A DNA stretch of 59,846 nucleotides, the filler included, from Sphacelaria rigidula (taxonomy: Eukaryota), in NCBI GenBank assembly GCA_964200075.2. It is 6 parts of 6 records of this genome, joined end to end, with 100 filler letters (N's around TTAATTAATTAA, not from the genome) between each part and the next. Parts side by side here need not be neighbours in the genome. Positions count along the whole stretch, not along the records: positions 19,985 to 29,875 come from CAXNAA020007543.1; positions 29,976 to 39,866 come from CAXNAA020007544.1; 4 more parts are not named here. One strand, 5' to 3'. How positions within the stretch are numbered: the stretch's first letter is position 1; each line of letters starts with the position of its first letter. The notes below the pieces were generated by a model. It was given only the letters and a program-made list of their open reading frames with translations, was not told the origin of the DNA and searched no databases. A program made the translations under genes and the position numbers. Of the stretch, positions 23,201 to 36,016 are shown in pieces.

Positions 23201-24452
23201 AGCGACCCCCTCGCAGGTGGGCTGTGATGGACTATGCCGCAGTTGGGGTTCAGAACAGCTCTATTCTCGCTACACAAGACGCCTTTTGTCATCATGTGGA
23301 TGCTGGGCATCTATGTGGAAAACACTTCCGGGGAACCCCTGACCTTTTTTGACCGTGCAGTCAACAGCGTACATAGTCAATATGTGCGCGGTATGTCTCC
23401 GCTGGATACAACGGTAAGAAACAACCAGCGTGCTATCGCTCTCCATTGGACGCAGTTCACTGCATGCTGCTGATGCCTCTGCTCAGTGTTCAACAACATT
23501 ACAGCCAGTGTGCAGCCATGCTGGCAATACATGAGGCGTCAAACAGGCAGCACAGACCTCGAGCAGAGTACGCAATATTTCATTTTTGTACCCATGTCAT
23601 TGATGGTTGGACTGCCATGACCAAAATGAGGAATGCCAGTAGACAGCGAAGTTGTCCATCTGAAGGCCACCTGTAGTGGAACCACGTGCTCATTTTGACG
23701 GCCGTGATTGGTCAGAATGGTCATTCCGCGCCTCTCGGGCCTCATTCCTGGCTTAGAATCTTCCGCGGGAACCTTCCAAACACACATGGTTGACCTGGTG
23801 AGCTTTTCGGCTGCTCTGCGGATAGAACCCCCCCCTCGTCAAAACCACCTCCCCCGGTCACCGGAAGCCCTCGAATGTCTCCGGACTTTCAGCCGATGAA
23901 ACTGTTCCGAGGCGACGTTCGCTGTCTACGGGTTGATTAAATCGTACATGCATGTTCTGTTCGTGTAGTCTTGTCTATTGTACCTACTTGGACTTGTTGG
24001 AAGCAGAGCAGTTCTTCATACTTGAATGGCTTGTCTCTATCAGTATCACAGCTGCCCGGCAAGAGCAACAACCAACGCACCGTACACTCACTTCTCGCTA
24101 CTACTTACTGTGTAAATGAGTCGATCGTGCCTTGCCCCGCGCCACCCCTTTCCGCCGCTTTTCGCGGCCATAGCTTCCTCAAGCTTGTTGTGTGCGTCTT
24201 CATCCTCCACGCTTGGAACGTTGTACTGGGCAATGATATTCGAGGTGTTGCCGGAGGTAGTGCCCACTACAGAAGCGCAAGTGGCGCACACGGCACCGCC
24301 CTATTTGTTGAGCAGAAACAACTTCTCTGTCCACCAAAAGAGCGCCCGTTCTGTTTGAGCTTGCATGTGTGCAGATCGACTCTGCCCTCGCTGGAGACCA
24401 GATCTTTAACAGCGCGGGAGTTGACCGCCCCTTGGTCAAATATGGTAGCCAT
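20227..24452 (-). pseudogene. Decayed, intron-containing hAT-superfamily transposase
   Basis: Motifs in the expected order: BED finger (FWWTEKLF..*GGAVCATCASVVGTTSGNTSN, about 24230-24340), STDIWT (first D, about 22430), SHTG...VTTDTAAN (second D)...CACH (21850-22030), STHW*SWYSML (TRW motif, about 21290), LNPRTK (LDPR motif), and the C-terminal dimerisation domain W..LQFSFPSLTRLAIKNLAISPSSAASECIFPMAG...RSHL. Many stops and frameshifts. Possible 5' terminus TGGTGTTAC at 24649. Confidence 0.88.
23195..23790 (+). repeat. Unclassified dispersed repeat of about 600 bp inserted in the first hAT intron
   Basis: Diverged direct copy at about 29150-29760 (shared CGCAGGTGG..GATGGACTATGCC, CATGTGGATG, ACTGCATGCTGCTGATG, CTCTCGGGCCTC). 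Confidence 0.75.
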
Positions 24453-25169
24453 ACGAGGCCTACCAGTAGGCTAGTGCTGTGTGCTGTGTGGTGGTAGTGT
24501 GGTATCGGATCCGGGAGGCTGCGCATGCAGCCCGGAGGCCTCCCTCGCAGTATTTGCCTTGATACCGAATTATCGTTTTTTTTCAGACGATATTCGATTC
24601 GATATTTCGGTTCGGTACATCGGAACTTTCGGCTCGATATGTAACACCATTGGGGACCCATCAGACGAAACGTGAGGAATCTGTTTGACATATTAGTTTC
24701 ATCCGGAGTTTATGCCTACAACGACCATCATTTGGCAGTTGCGTGTACGCCACTCGGTGAACTATCGACGGTAGAAACATACTTGATTCCAGTCCCAGGT
24801 TCAGCATTTCAAAGGGCTGAGTTTTTCCCAGCTCGGGACCATTCTATTCATGGTTGACGGAAGATGAGATATTGCGGCCAAGTGGCTGGTGCAGGGCAAC
24901 AGTGGTCGTTAATGTTAGGCCGCGTTGTAGGGTGTGTTTTAGAACATTTTTTTTCGATTGAGAAAAAGGGGCGGAGGAAATGATTCGAGCAAAAATATGC
25001 GAATTTTGCTCGAGCTGAGTCCAAGCACATTTTCAAGCTTTCGGTGGAAAGAAGGCGGTGAACTTCGTGAAACGATACATGGTCGCTTGTGTACAGTACA
25101 GACAGGGTGTACTGTCCGCACTGTTTGCATGTCGTGTCTCCTGAGTGCGTGTGTGCGTGTTTCGTACGG

Positions 25170-25450
25170 GAGGATGTGAAAGAGGAGCGGGCAACGTGCA
25201 GTAAAGACAGCGCAGGACTATCTGTTCTCTCTGGTTACAATGCGACGCGAAAGATACTTGAGACAACGTGCAGCTTTGTACTGCCTCCACTGCCCGTGAG
25301 TGTATAGGCAAGTCGGTTGCCCACCCTACCACGGAGTTCCGTCGTTGATCCCTACCATGCAAGAAGATGCTAAAGTCTTCGCCAACAGAAAATAAACAAA
25401 GCATGCCCAACCAGTACAGTATACATCCCCGTGCTCAACTCGTGCTCTAT
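25170..25450 (+). repeat. Unclassified dispersed repeat
   Basis: Direct copy at about 41685-42000 (AGACAGCGCAGGACTAT..CTGTTCTCT, ACAACGTGCAGCTT, ACCATG.AAGAAGATGCT). Confidence 0.7.
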
Positions 25451-25451
25451 A

Positions 25452-26054
25452 CTGCAGGGTTGCGGTGGTGGCTGACAAATAGTTCATGCATTTTGCACCG
25501 TTCTTTTAACGGATGGTATCTGGCGTGGTGGTCTGCAAGATGGTAGTCAAGTGCCCCTTCGTGCTTTTCGACCGCATTTTTAGATCGAAAAGCCCCAGTT
25601 TTCTTGTTTTCTTAGTTTTTTCTCGCGCGCCACTATTTACAAAAGATAGTTGAAGCCAACTAGGAACAGAAATGCGGTGGACCTATCAATTCGGAATTCT
25701 TGTTATCCACCGCACTTTTTCGATCGGAAAAAAAATGCGTTGCGACACGCCCCTATAAAAAAAATCCGACTCGAAAACGTACGGTGGAATCGAACTGGTG
25801 ATGTATAGGTCGTACTTGATACGTCCACGGGATTTATGTTCTCAGATAAGTCCAAGTCCTGCTGATAATTATTTGCGTGCCGCCAACAGGGTCGAAAACA
25901 GAAAAACTTAGCCTTTTCGATCGAAAACATGCAACGGAAAAAACCAAGGAGCACTTGACTCCTATCTTGCGGACAACCATGCCAGATACCACCCGTTCAC
26001 AGAACCATGTAAACTCCGCGTGGTTCATTTACAGCTACCCACACTACCCTGCAG
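25452..26054. mobile_element. Tc1/mariner-like MITE with long degenerate TIRs
   Basis: TA|CTGCAGGGT ... ACCCTGCAG|CA. Inverted arms of about 140 bp (TGGTATCTGGC..CAAGAT..AGTCAAGTGC vs GCACTTGACT..ATCTTG..GCCAGATACCA). Confidence 0.7.
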
Positions 26055-26607
26055 CATAGATCACGAGTTGAACACAGGGATACATACACTACATTAATAG
26101 GGGACCAACACCATCGCCCTCCTCGTATGATGCGTTTATTTTTCGTTCGCGAATACTCGGGCATGTGATTTTTTGGTATCGTCCAGCGACGGAAATGCGT
26201 GTTTGGGTGAGCGACCGAATTGCGTACCCGCTCATGGACAGTAGCGGCAGTAGAAAGCTGGGCGTTGTTCAAGTCTTGTTGACATCCTCCTGTATGTAGA
26301 GACTACCAACAGCCCTGTTCTGGCTGTACTCCACGTTGCCCGCTTATTTTTCACACCATGCCTGCATGCTGCACAAAAGACACACACACCGTGTATGCAG
26401 TGTACAGTACGGTACTGATGACACGCGAACAAGTACTATACTGAAAATAAGTGAACAAGCACCGCTTCGCGAACTCTACCGTCTTTTTCGATCGAAAGCC
26501 TGCAAATTGGCTCGGACCGGAACGCAGTCAAACAAACCACACGTCGGACAGCTCATGAGCTACCTACCTGAAATAACTAATGGAAGAGAACTCTCAGATA
26601 CATCGTA

Positions 26608-28135
26608 CAGGCTGGTTCAGGCTTATCACCCCAAAAACACTCATCGGCAAAACCTCACGCCGTTTCAAGGAGTTAGACCCTGAACTTTTGCACAGATGTT
26701 CTATGGGGCATTACGCACCCTTCGAAGGTGGAGTTTTTTTCGTTTTTGTCATTCTTTTTTCACCGTTTTTCGGGGGTCTCAGTTTTTTCGGGGAAACATC
26801 GATCCAATTCGACCCCCGTAAAACGGTAAAGAATATAAAACTCAGAAGACCTCGTTCATCCAAAGTTGCGTAATGATCCATAGCACAGTTGTGCAAAATT
26901 TCAGGGTTTGACTCCTTGAAACGGCGTGAGGTTTTTCGCTTCTGTGCGATGAACTTTGACGTGCCGCGGCGAAACCGCAAACTACTTGGTTTTTGAACCA
27001 AAACGGCGTTTTTGGGCCTTCTTTGACGTGAACATGAATATTCCAGCACCACTTGATCGATTTTCGAGACGAAATTTTGTGGGGCCCTTCGTTGGGCTAT
27101 GCAGCGACAGCTCGTTCACGAAAAAATGGGAAAATAGTCGTAGTGTCGGTTTTCCGGGGTCCCAGCATGGAGACTACTTCGAAAAGGCGACTTGGATCTC
27201 GTCGGACCCCGGAAAAAGCGATGAAAAACTCAAGGAGTATAAACACCTCGTCCATCGAAAGTTGCGTAATAGCACATAGCATAGTTGTGCAAAGTTTCAA
27301 GGCCTAACTCCTAATAACGGCGTGAAGGTTTGCGCATTTGTGGAGGACGTGGGCTGGAAACGTGCAACTCCTAACTACTTGGTTTTAGTGTAGAATCGTC
27401 ATTTCAGGTGAATTTTACGTCAAGGCACGAAAACCTGCATGAGGTTTTCGAAATTCTCCACCAAACTTTGTGTACATGTGTTTCTTGGACTATCCCGGGA
27501 CGCATCATTTTATTATTTTTAATTTGGGGCATTCTGTACCGCCTTCCGGAGGTCTTCATACTGAGACCCCCCGAAGCCGGTAGAGAACGGAGAAAACATG
27601 AAACATTGTCGAGAATACATTTTTTCATTTGGAGCATCAATACCTACGGAACTGCCAAGTTTGAGGGGGATCTGAGCTTTTCTACAACAAATATAGGGGA
27701 TACGGGCGCAAGGCCCCCTGGGTCTTTCGTGCGTATCATTGGTGGAAATTAGACGACGCCAACACCCGACATCACCGAAACATCACGTTTTCGCGTGTAA
27801 TTCGATCCCCGTAGGAACGGTTTCAAAATATATATTTTTCGTTCGATTCCCGAGCCGATGACGGTTACTACGATTTAAATCATGTGGAGATTGCGTGAAA
27901 ATTGAGCTTGGAATTCGTAATTTCGATCTCGGAACAATTTGACAGGCGCTGATTGGTCGATATACCTTTTCGCCCGTAGCGCTACCACTATGGCCTTACA
28001 CACAAATCCGGCTATGTCACGCTCTTCAGTTGTCCTTGGCGGTCAGTATGATATGATGTATGCGACTATTGGGTGCGTATTGCGAAAGGCATTTGCTGAT
28101 GACACAATTTTGGGTGATACGCATGAACCAGCCTG
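26608..28135. mobile_element. 1.5-kb non-autonomous Tc1/mariner-like element
   Basis: TA|CAGGCTGGTTCA ... TGAACCAGCCTG|TA, a perfect 12-bp TIR with TA TSD. Internal hairpin of about 300 bp at 26645-26950. Full-length relative at 36017-37978; isolated ends at about 33739 and 35191. Confidence 0.88.
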
Positions 28136-28479
28136 TATAAGAACACAAAACACGTGACAGCAGTGTCCGAGAAGCCAAAGCGTTCCCTTCGGCGGATTCA
28201 AATCCGCCGCACCATTTCGTTCGAGCAAAAAAAATGATCAGACGGCCTTACTGGGGTCTTAAGTCAATAAAAACCGAATTCATGGTTGGCGCAAGTTAAT
28301 GCAGATCGGCTTCGTCGTTTGTATTGTTGGCATATCGGAGGTATCTCCGACTCGACGCCTCAAGTGCAATGTACGAACATTACACGATTTCCTGGGTCAC
28401 GAGTCTGAGAAACCTCGAAGGAAATTTCGAATACAACAAACAGGCATTGCCAAAAGGTCGTATACAGTGGTTGCAACTT

Positions 28480-29145
28480 GATTTGAGTGCGGACATCGAT
28501 ATTCGGATCTTCAGAGGGGATGACAGTCCCAAGTGCTCCTAGCTCGTCCAGAAGATGCTCTTGTCCAAAAACGGCGCCTCGACGTTTGCCATCGCACACT
28601 TTGCCTAAGACACTGTTTCCACCCCCCCTGCCCGAGGGTTCTATTATGCCTTGGTCGGGGTAATGGGTAGGGTCAGCGTTAGGGTTAACGACATCTTATT
28701 ATTATTACCAACAATTGTTTTCGACAAGTTGGTGATCAGCCCTCAATTGAGGTATCTTGATCTCGAGGTTCCCGGTATATTTCACAGTAACTTACCGCCA
28801 ACTGTACAGGGAACCTCGAGTTTGAGATACCTCTGATAATATCAGGGTATTTCCAGCTGGATCTCCGACAAATCCTTCCGGGTTCACGCCATAAAGTTTA
28901 CCACACTTCGCTGACGCAGATTCATGGCTGTGAAGATACCTGAGTTGAATCTGAACGCCGACATTCGTATGTTGCATGGGGCTGGTAGTCCCGAGTGCTC
29001 CTGGGGTGTGCAGAACGCGTTTTTGATGAAAACGGCGCCAGATACTCCGATCTGAGATCTGCCAACGCACACCATGCCAAACCTTTGCCCCGCCCCCCTT
29101 TCGTAGGGTTCTCGGTATGCCTTGGTTGGGGTTAGCGCTAGGATT
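28480..29145 (+). repeat. Two diverged direct copies of a unit of about 200 bp
   Basis: 28480-28690 and 28940-29145 share AGTCCC.AGTGCTCCT, AAAACGGCGCC and AGGGTTCT...TATGCCTTGGT.GGGGT. Confidence 0.6.
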
Positions 29146-29149
29146 CATC

Positions 29150-29760
29150 CTTGGACAGCGAGCTCCCCCCGCAGGTGGATGAAGATGGACTATGCCACCT
29201 TTGAAGTGCACGTAGCTAGTTACACAAAATACGTTTTGCATTAGCATGTGGATGTTAGGCTTCTATATAGGAAAGAGTCCCGGAGAACCCCTTACCGGTG
29301 TTAACCCTGCAGTCTATATATCATTTGCGTGCAGAGTCAGTATGTGTACTGTGTATCTTCGCTGGATACCGCGGCAAGAAACAGTCAACGTGTCATCGCT
29401 CCTCTCCACTGAACAGTTTACTGCATGCTGCTGATGTCGCCGCTTATAATAGTGTTCAACATCAACACTACAGACAATGGTGTGAAGCTATCGTAGCAAC
29501 ACACGAGGGGTTGGGTAGGCGGGATAGACTACGAGCAGAGTAAAAGCACGTTATTCGTGCCCATGTAATCTATGATTCAGGTGTCGTGACCAAAATGAGA
29601 AATACGGCTAGATAGCGAAATAGTCCACCTGTAGTCCACCTGTAGGGGAACAAAGTGACCACTTCGATAGCCGTGATCGGTTAGAATGGTCACTCCGCTC
29701 CTCTCGGGCCTCGTTCTTGGCCTAACATTTGCCGTGGGAAAGATCCAACTACACATCGTT
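29150..29760 (+). repeat. Second copy of the 23195-23790 repeat
   Basis: Collinear similarity with 23195-23790. Confidence 0.75.
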
Positions 29761-29802
29761 GGCTTTTGGGCTGTTCTAGGAACAAGTCCCGATGTCCCTG
29801 TC

Positions 29803-29875
29803 ACGATGCTCCGTCTCGAAAGGGATGCGTGGTCAATGGTCAAACGACTAAGGCAAGCAACAAATGAGTACGCCC
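29803..29875 (+). mobile_element. 5'-truncated LINE tail at the contig end
   Basis: TGCTCCGTCTCGAAAGGGATGCGTGGTCAATGGTCAAACGACTAAGGCAAGCAACAAATGAGTACGCCC, same family as 15997-16303. Confidence 0.8.
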
Positions 29876-29975
29876 NNNNNNNNNNNNNNNNNNNNNNNNN
29901 NNNNNNNNNNNNNNNNNNNTTAATTAATTAANNNNNNNNNNNNNNNNNNNNNNNNNNNNNNNNNNNNNNNNNNNN
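29876..29975. other. Artificial contig linker
   Basis: N44-TTAATTAATTAA-N44. Confidence 0.98.
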
Positions 29976-30021
29976 GGTCAATGGTGTGATGACTATGGCA
30001 TGCATGATCACGAGTACACCC
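29976..30021 (+). mobile_element. LINE tail, second subfamily, at the contig start
   Basis: GGTCAATGGTGTGATGACTATGGCATGCATGATCACGAGTACACCCC shares GGTCAATGGT...ATGACT..GGCA...GAGTAC.CCC with the other tails. Confidence 0.7.
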
Positions 30022-30034
30022 CTCCCGTCCCCTA

Positions 30035-30313
30035 CACGTGAAAAGACATCGTCATGCTCCACACGTTTCCGGTACTTCATCCATGGTGGTTTGGTTCCCA
30101 AGTAATCGCCAGAAAGTACGCTTCGGAGCATATCTGAACCAGTACGGTCCTACGTTGGCCTAAAAACAAACCCACCTCTTCGTTGCTGAAAAACCTAGAG
30201 AATTCGTCCTCCGCCTCATCTCGAAACACTTCCTCATCCTGCGGTTGGACCACAGTGTGGTTCGGATCTCGCGTGCTCTCCAGAGTTTTCGGCTTCTGCT
30301 TTGGCGGCGCTTC
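30035..30313 (-). pseudogene. Possible decayed spliced coding fragment, perhaps DNA-transposase-derived
   Basis: Good splice signals around 30176-30313 (gcacag / GAG|GTGGGT). Continues ICSEAYFLAITWEPNHH / WMKYRKR with a frameshift and is cut by the LINE tail. Family assignment is weak. Confidence 0.25.
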
Positions 30314-32669
30314 CTGTGCACGGAGGGAACGTAGAAGGAAACGCACGTGTTATTCGGTATGCCTCAGCCCTCGTATCACTAAGCGCACGTCCTTGAAAGG
30401 GTCGGGCAAACGCAGGTCACACCAGAGCCATCATCACCTCAAACGTCAGACCCCAGAACGTCCGTCCTTGACAGGGTGCAGTATATAGTAGGCACCAAGG
30501 CCATCATTGATCTTCGATCTATCCTTGTCGAGGTACTGGATGCCCACGCAACGAGCGTTGCCCGCTTAATCAACTGAAAGAGACGGGGCATTTCAAGAGC
30601 CGGACGAATGATCAACAACACCGACCAAAAAAATGTGGAGTTGTGAGGCAAATCAGGTACTGTAATAAAAAACACACCAGTTTGAGACTTCACCTACACA
30701 AGTATCGCGATTCAAGGAGCATGAAATCAAGTGGGATCGAGACATCAACGTGAAGGTGGGGCGGGGTGCCTGGCGGGTCAAGTTGATTTATTTCTACATT
30801 TTTCGCTGGTCTTTACAATTGACATTGGTCCTGTGATACGAGTACTGCACCCCAAAACCAGCCCCGGCGACCAGAGCGACTTCTTCCCCCAAATGTTCAA
30901 GGTTATGTCGGAAAGAAAAGTTAACATTTGACTGCACCATACGAATCTCATGAGATGACAGATTTTGCACATCTACACTCTGGCGATGATCTGGTTCATG
31001 CTAAAGGTGGAAGCAACTGTGGACACGTATCATCTTTGGCACGTGAACATCATGTTTTTTTCCCTCCATGGTGGCTCACATGTCAAAGATAAACTATTTT
31101 CAACACATTTGCGTATTTAACGGAGTCAATTCTTCTTCCTTCCAATAAACATTTAAAATGTGCACTACACATGTGAAAAATCAGCCCACGAAGGACACCA
31201 CGCCACAAGCATGGAACATTGTCCGTTGAGCCCATCAAGATGTGCTATGTCGAGAATTGGGTGTCCTCGACCTGAGGGTAAGTGAGTGGTCACTACTTCG
31301 AAGTGAAAAAACGCCTCGGCAGTGAGTCGTTGTCGCTGAGTCGTTTCATGCTTTCCTCAGTTCTCTCGGGACCATGCACCCACTCACATTCTTTTGAAAC
31401 CCTCAGGGAGATAACGTGAAGCGAATGATCTGAGGGCTTTCATGTGCGAGAGGGTGTGAAGAACGAATCACCTCATCTCATCTTCGTGCCAAAAAGCCAA
31501 AAACACCTCACGCGACTTCAGTCATCGGTTGGAACCAGATTTCTTCTTATATGCCGACGCGCTCCGGTGGTGTAAATTAAAATGTGTCACCACTAGGATA
31601 GAGAGAAAATGGGTTCCATCCTCGCCAGACGCGTCTGGATTGTCCTCGAAATATCTGCTTTCCACCGTCGAAAGCGTGAGTAAATAATAAGGGGTTGGCA
31701 GAGTTTGTTTGACAAGAGTTGACGCGGTGCGGGAGTGCCGACAGTCATGACCCCGTCCGCGAGACCAAATACAAGGCACGTACCGTGGCGAATATGGGTT
31801 GGTCCCTTGAGACCACAGGCTCGTCCCGAGGAGGGGAGGAGGCTTCAAAAGTGTAGAAAAAACGTTTCTAGTGCAGACCCCCGTCCCAACCTTACACCAC
31901 GCGCTGTATGGCATGGGTGATGCTAGGGTGCCTGCGGTAGATGTATTTCATATTTACCACTGCAAGCAATGCAGAGTGCACGGAAATGCGTACATGGTGC
32001 TAGCTCTGCTGTAGAAACGTTCATGGGCTGTGCGACTCTAGTATACGATGGACTACTCTACATTTCCTCTCCCACATATGGATTTTGGTTGAGGACTAGA
32101 TATGTGTTTTTTGCACCATCATTGCAGTGAATCTCTAGCGACAAGACACGACAGACCACTTTACCAAACCCAAGCCGTGTTCTGTGACATTATTAGTGGT
32201 GCCATGACAACGGTTGAAACTTCGAAGACATTTCGCCCGTACGGCAGCGTGCAAAACCATCCCTCTTGTGTGAATCCCCCGCACAACATATGTGGCCATG
32301 TATGATTTGTGCGCGTGAGTGACAGCTTCAACAGGTCTGATGTTTGATTGCCCAATTGACACTCCGTTGGAAGTGAATCCCCGGAAAACGTCGAATCACA
32401 ACCCGTTGTGTGGCTACGAAAATAACGTCGGCGCGAGATGATGACTGCTATTATAGCATACCCTACGTGCGTATGGTGAAAGTCTACGCTAGTCAGTAGA
32501 GCAAGAGATATGCGCGATTGCATTTCAGACGCCAAAATGAAAAATGACCAAAAACGTACTTTCGTAAAAAGTACTTGGAGTTTTGAGCGACACTCGTAGA
32601 CGATGGGCGCGGCTATTTTACCCGGGGCATACGGCTTGTAGATAGGTTATCGCTCCTCATTGCATGTAG

Positions 32670-32742
32670 GATCTGCGGAGCGTGTGGGAACGCGACGTGG
32701 ACTTGGAATTAGTAAACGTTGCAGATGCCGAGCGTCCGGCAG
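32670..32742 (+). CDS. Possible isolated internal exon
   Basis: gcatgtag acceptor, CAG|GTAACA donor, DLRSVWERDVDLELVNVADAERPA. The frame stays open to 33050, so the 3' boundary is uncertain. Confidence 0.25.
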
Positions 32743-33149
32743 GTAACAGACTGACAGAACGGGGGTGCGAGTTTGCCGCACCCGGAGTGAGGAGCATGAC
32801 CATAGCCTGGACGGGCATTGGAAGTTGGCAGTTCCGGGGTTATGGGCCCGGGTCACTAGCAGGCGTGTCGGGTCAAATAGGGGTGGTCATCACAGCTTTG
32901 AAAAAGACCCGTTTCAAGGTTTTGCTTTGCCTTGGGTACGTATATCATGTAACCACGGCTGGATCCCTGGGGTATCAGTTGAAGTGCGGCAATCAACTAG
33001 TTTATGTGCTGTCGTGGGTAAAATCAGGCAGAGGTTCTCGAGGGAGGTAGCTATGGGCGCGTTCCTGTAGTTTACTGAGTTTACTGACTCCGTCGTGTCT
33101 TGTTCTTGTAGGAGTGGCGAAAGACGTGGCACTAAAAGTGGCGTTACGC

Positions 33150-34770
33150 TGTGCGAAATCGGAATCTCTCATATCTGCAAAAGTTTCACAGATCCTTTGA
33201 AATAGTCATGTACACGAAGGGTCATTTTCTGCATGGGTGTGGTATCGCATACAGAAAGTGAAGCCGGAGAAGAGGCAGGCAGTGGATCGATACGGTGATG
33301 CATACGGCAGAGCAGTGCCGTACTGTATTTCACCATCGCCGCAAGGTACGGCGGCAACACTGCTCATCCGCTTGTCAAACACCGTGCGTGCTAGCTGTTC
33401 AACGAAGCTCTGCAGCAGTTGGCGCGGCCAAGGCACGGCCTGTGCTGTCACGAGACTATTTACTGCTCTGGTCGCAAATTTTTCAAAGGCCTGTTGCTCG
33501 ATCAACGTACGTCTTTGTAAGTACGTCACCTTCCCGCAGATTGAGGGGACCTCGATTTCCCCTCTATTTGTACTCAGATTCGGGAAAAATCGTTCTCAAA
33601 TCGTGACATCCCGATTTGGGCTTCCCCGATCTGGGCCATAATGGTTGTTTCTCGATTTGAGTTCCCTCCATCTGCGCACGGATCGAGATTGATGATTACC
33701 ATAAAAAAGGTCTGAGACCATCTTGACAACACACAATACAGGCTGGTTCAGGGAGACGCCCAAATCTTTGCCATGGGCAAATGCCTTTTACAGTCTCAAT
33801 CCACTAGTCGCGTACATGGTGCCATACTGACCGCCATGGACAACTGAAGAGGGTGACCTAGCCGGCTTCTTCTCCAAGGCCACAACGGTGGCGTTAAGGG
33901 CGAAACTGTACCTCATCTAATCAGTGACCTTGCACTTTTTGTAAAACTAAATACCGAGACTTCTCATCTACATTTTACCTTCTCCACATGCTCGTACTCC
34001 TCTCCGTGTCTCGGAGCTCCGGGTTAGAATAAGCGAGAGTGCTGTTGGATTAATTGTTTCGGGGCCCACTTGATCCCAGAACATTACTCCCTCCGAAAAC
34101 GTCCAAGAATTTGTCGGGAAACCCCAACCTTTTTCCAGTCTTTTCCGGATTAGGACAGGTGGCATTTGACTCTTTATTATGGCTATCGCAAATCTCGATA
34201 CGTACGCATATCGGGGGAGCTCACATCGGGAAACGCCTACTGCGGCACCCACTGTAGCCAAGATCAGGGATGCCCACATACGGATTTTCGATTTTTGCAC
34301 GGCTTCCCCAAATCTGCACCCCACATGGGGGGAAAGTTGAGGTTCGTCTACTCCGTACGAGGTACGTATAGCCACGTACGATGATGTTAATAACATACAG
34401 CACTGCACTGCCGTATGGATCGCCTTAACGAACAGTGCCGTACCATCCTCTAATTTTGCTGTCGTTGGACTTGCAGGGTTATGTACGGCACTGTTGTCGC
34501 ATTACTGGCTGTACCATCACGAATTGTGGCACAGTCTTATCGTGTACTGTGATGACGGGGTGATGTGCACTGTATGACCCTAGGGGCACCACGGTACGAC
34601 ACTGTACTTCAAGGACGATTCACTGCCTGCTTGTTCTTCGGCTCCACTAGAAGCGATGCCCCCTCACTGCAGAAATGACCTTAAACTATTTCAACAAATC
34701 TGTGAAACCCTTACGACCCCCTGAAAAATTGACTTTCGCAGATATAAGTCGTCCCGATTTTGCACAGATT
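33150..34770. mobile_element. Degenerate element with inverted arms, containing a nested CAGGCTGGTTCA-family end
   Basis: 33150-33206 is complementary to parts of 34685-34768 (TTTCACAGAT..TTGAAATAGT; TGTGC.AAATCGG), and 33293-33338 to 34379-34424. Confidence 0.5.
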
Positions 34771-36016
34771 GGGGTCCCTGCAGATTCGGGATTTGTCCCG
34801 AGAATAACCAGTCCTGTGCAAGATTTTATTTTCGGAACATCATCTGGGCTCTCTTCATGCCCTTGCGCACTGTTGCAACACCCAACCTCAGATCTAGACA
34901 AATGAGCTTCCTGATTGGTGTTTTGATGACATGTGACCGAAGTTTCAGCGCCTTGCAGCGACGACAGCGCGCGTGCGACCGTGCCTCCCGGACTGAGCAT
35001 CTCTACAGGCGATACCGGAAGGACCTTTCTACGTTGTCATTATCCAGAGGGTGTGCCAGTACTGGTCTATGTTCATTTCCCAGCCCTGCACTCTCCCAGA
35101 TAATCATCATGTACAAGTTGAGCTTTTGCTTTTAAGGCGCATTTGTTTTAATGCGCGTTTGTCCGTCTTTCATGTCCAAACGTGAACATTACAGGCTGGT
35201 CTGCCCAAAAAGCTCACTTCCCTTCAGCCCGTTCTAACTGACGATGTATCGTGACTGGTGCTTCGTATGACACATCGTGGTAATCGGCAAATCAGCGCGC
35301 GTCTTCAGATCCGTGTAACACTGCGATCCGACAAGGTCTCATCAAACGAAATATCAAACTGTGGTCAAGTGCGAAAGTGTAGAGAGTTGAGGGTACTATG
35401 TGCGGCGGAGCTAGCCAGAAGAAAAACGGCTGAGATTGAATTTTCGGTTACAGTCGGTTGTGCCGAGTGATGCCGCACAAGCTGTAGCACAATTCCCGAG
35501 CTCAATTTTAGCCGCTTCGATGAAATTTTATGATGTACAGGACGTGTGTGCAAACACTCCTTAGTTACTCCCGTGTGTTTTTTTTTTCTCTTCGTGAGTT
35601 ATTGGCGACGGAACATTTCTGAAAAGTTTTTTTCCGGAACAAAATTATCGATACCTCACGACGAAAGAAAAAAACAAGAAGGGGAGATAAGAAGGGGACG
35701 TCGCACATACGTCCTGTACATTGTATCAAAATTTCATCGAGAACAGCTTGAAATTGAAGAGCATAAATGCGGTTGAATTATTCGTAATTGGTCATATCCA
35801 TATAGTATGTGAACCGGTTGACGGAATGACGCGAGTCGTGCGCTCAATTTTTCGAAGAAATTTTGACACGATGTACAGGGCGTATGTGCGAAGACCAAAC
35901 CTTTCATCCCCTGTGTGTGGGTGTGTTTTTTCTTACGTGAGTTATTGGCGACGGAATATTTAAGAACAGTTTTCCGGAACAAGATTGCCAATAACTATCG
36001 AGGAAATAAATAAATA

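Noticed and set aside
19500..24649. One complete hAT element running from the 82-bp array to the transposase
   Set aside because: The parts lie on different contigs, and the two termini (19862 and 24649) face the same way.
29803..30021. Tandem LINE tails as a single locus
   Set aside because: They are separated by a linker and are independent contig ends.
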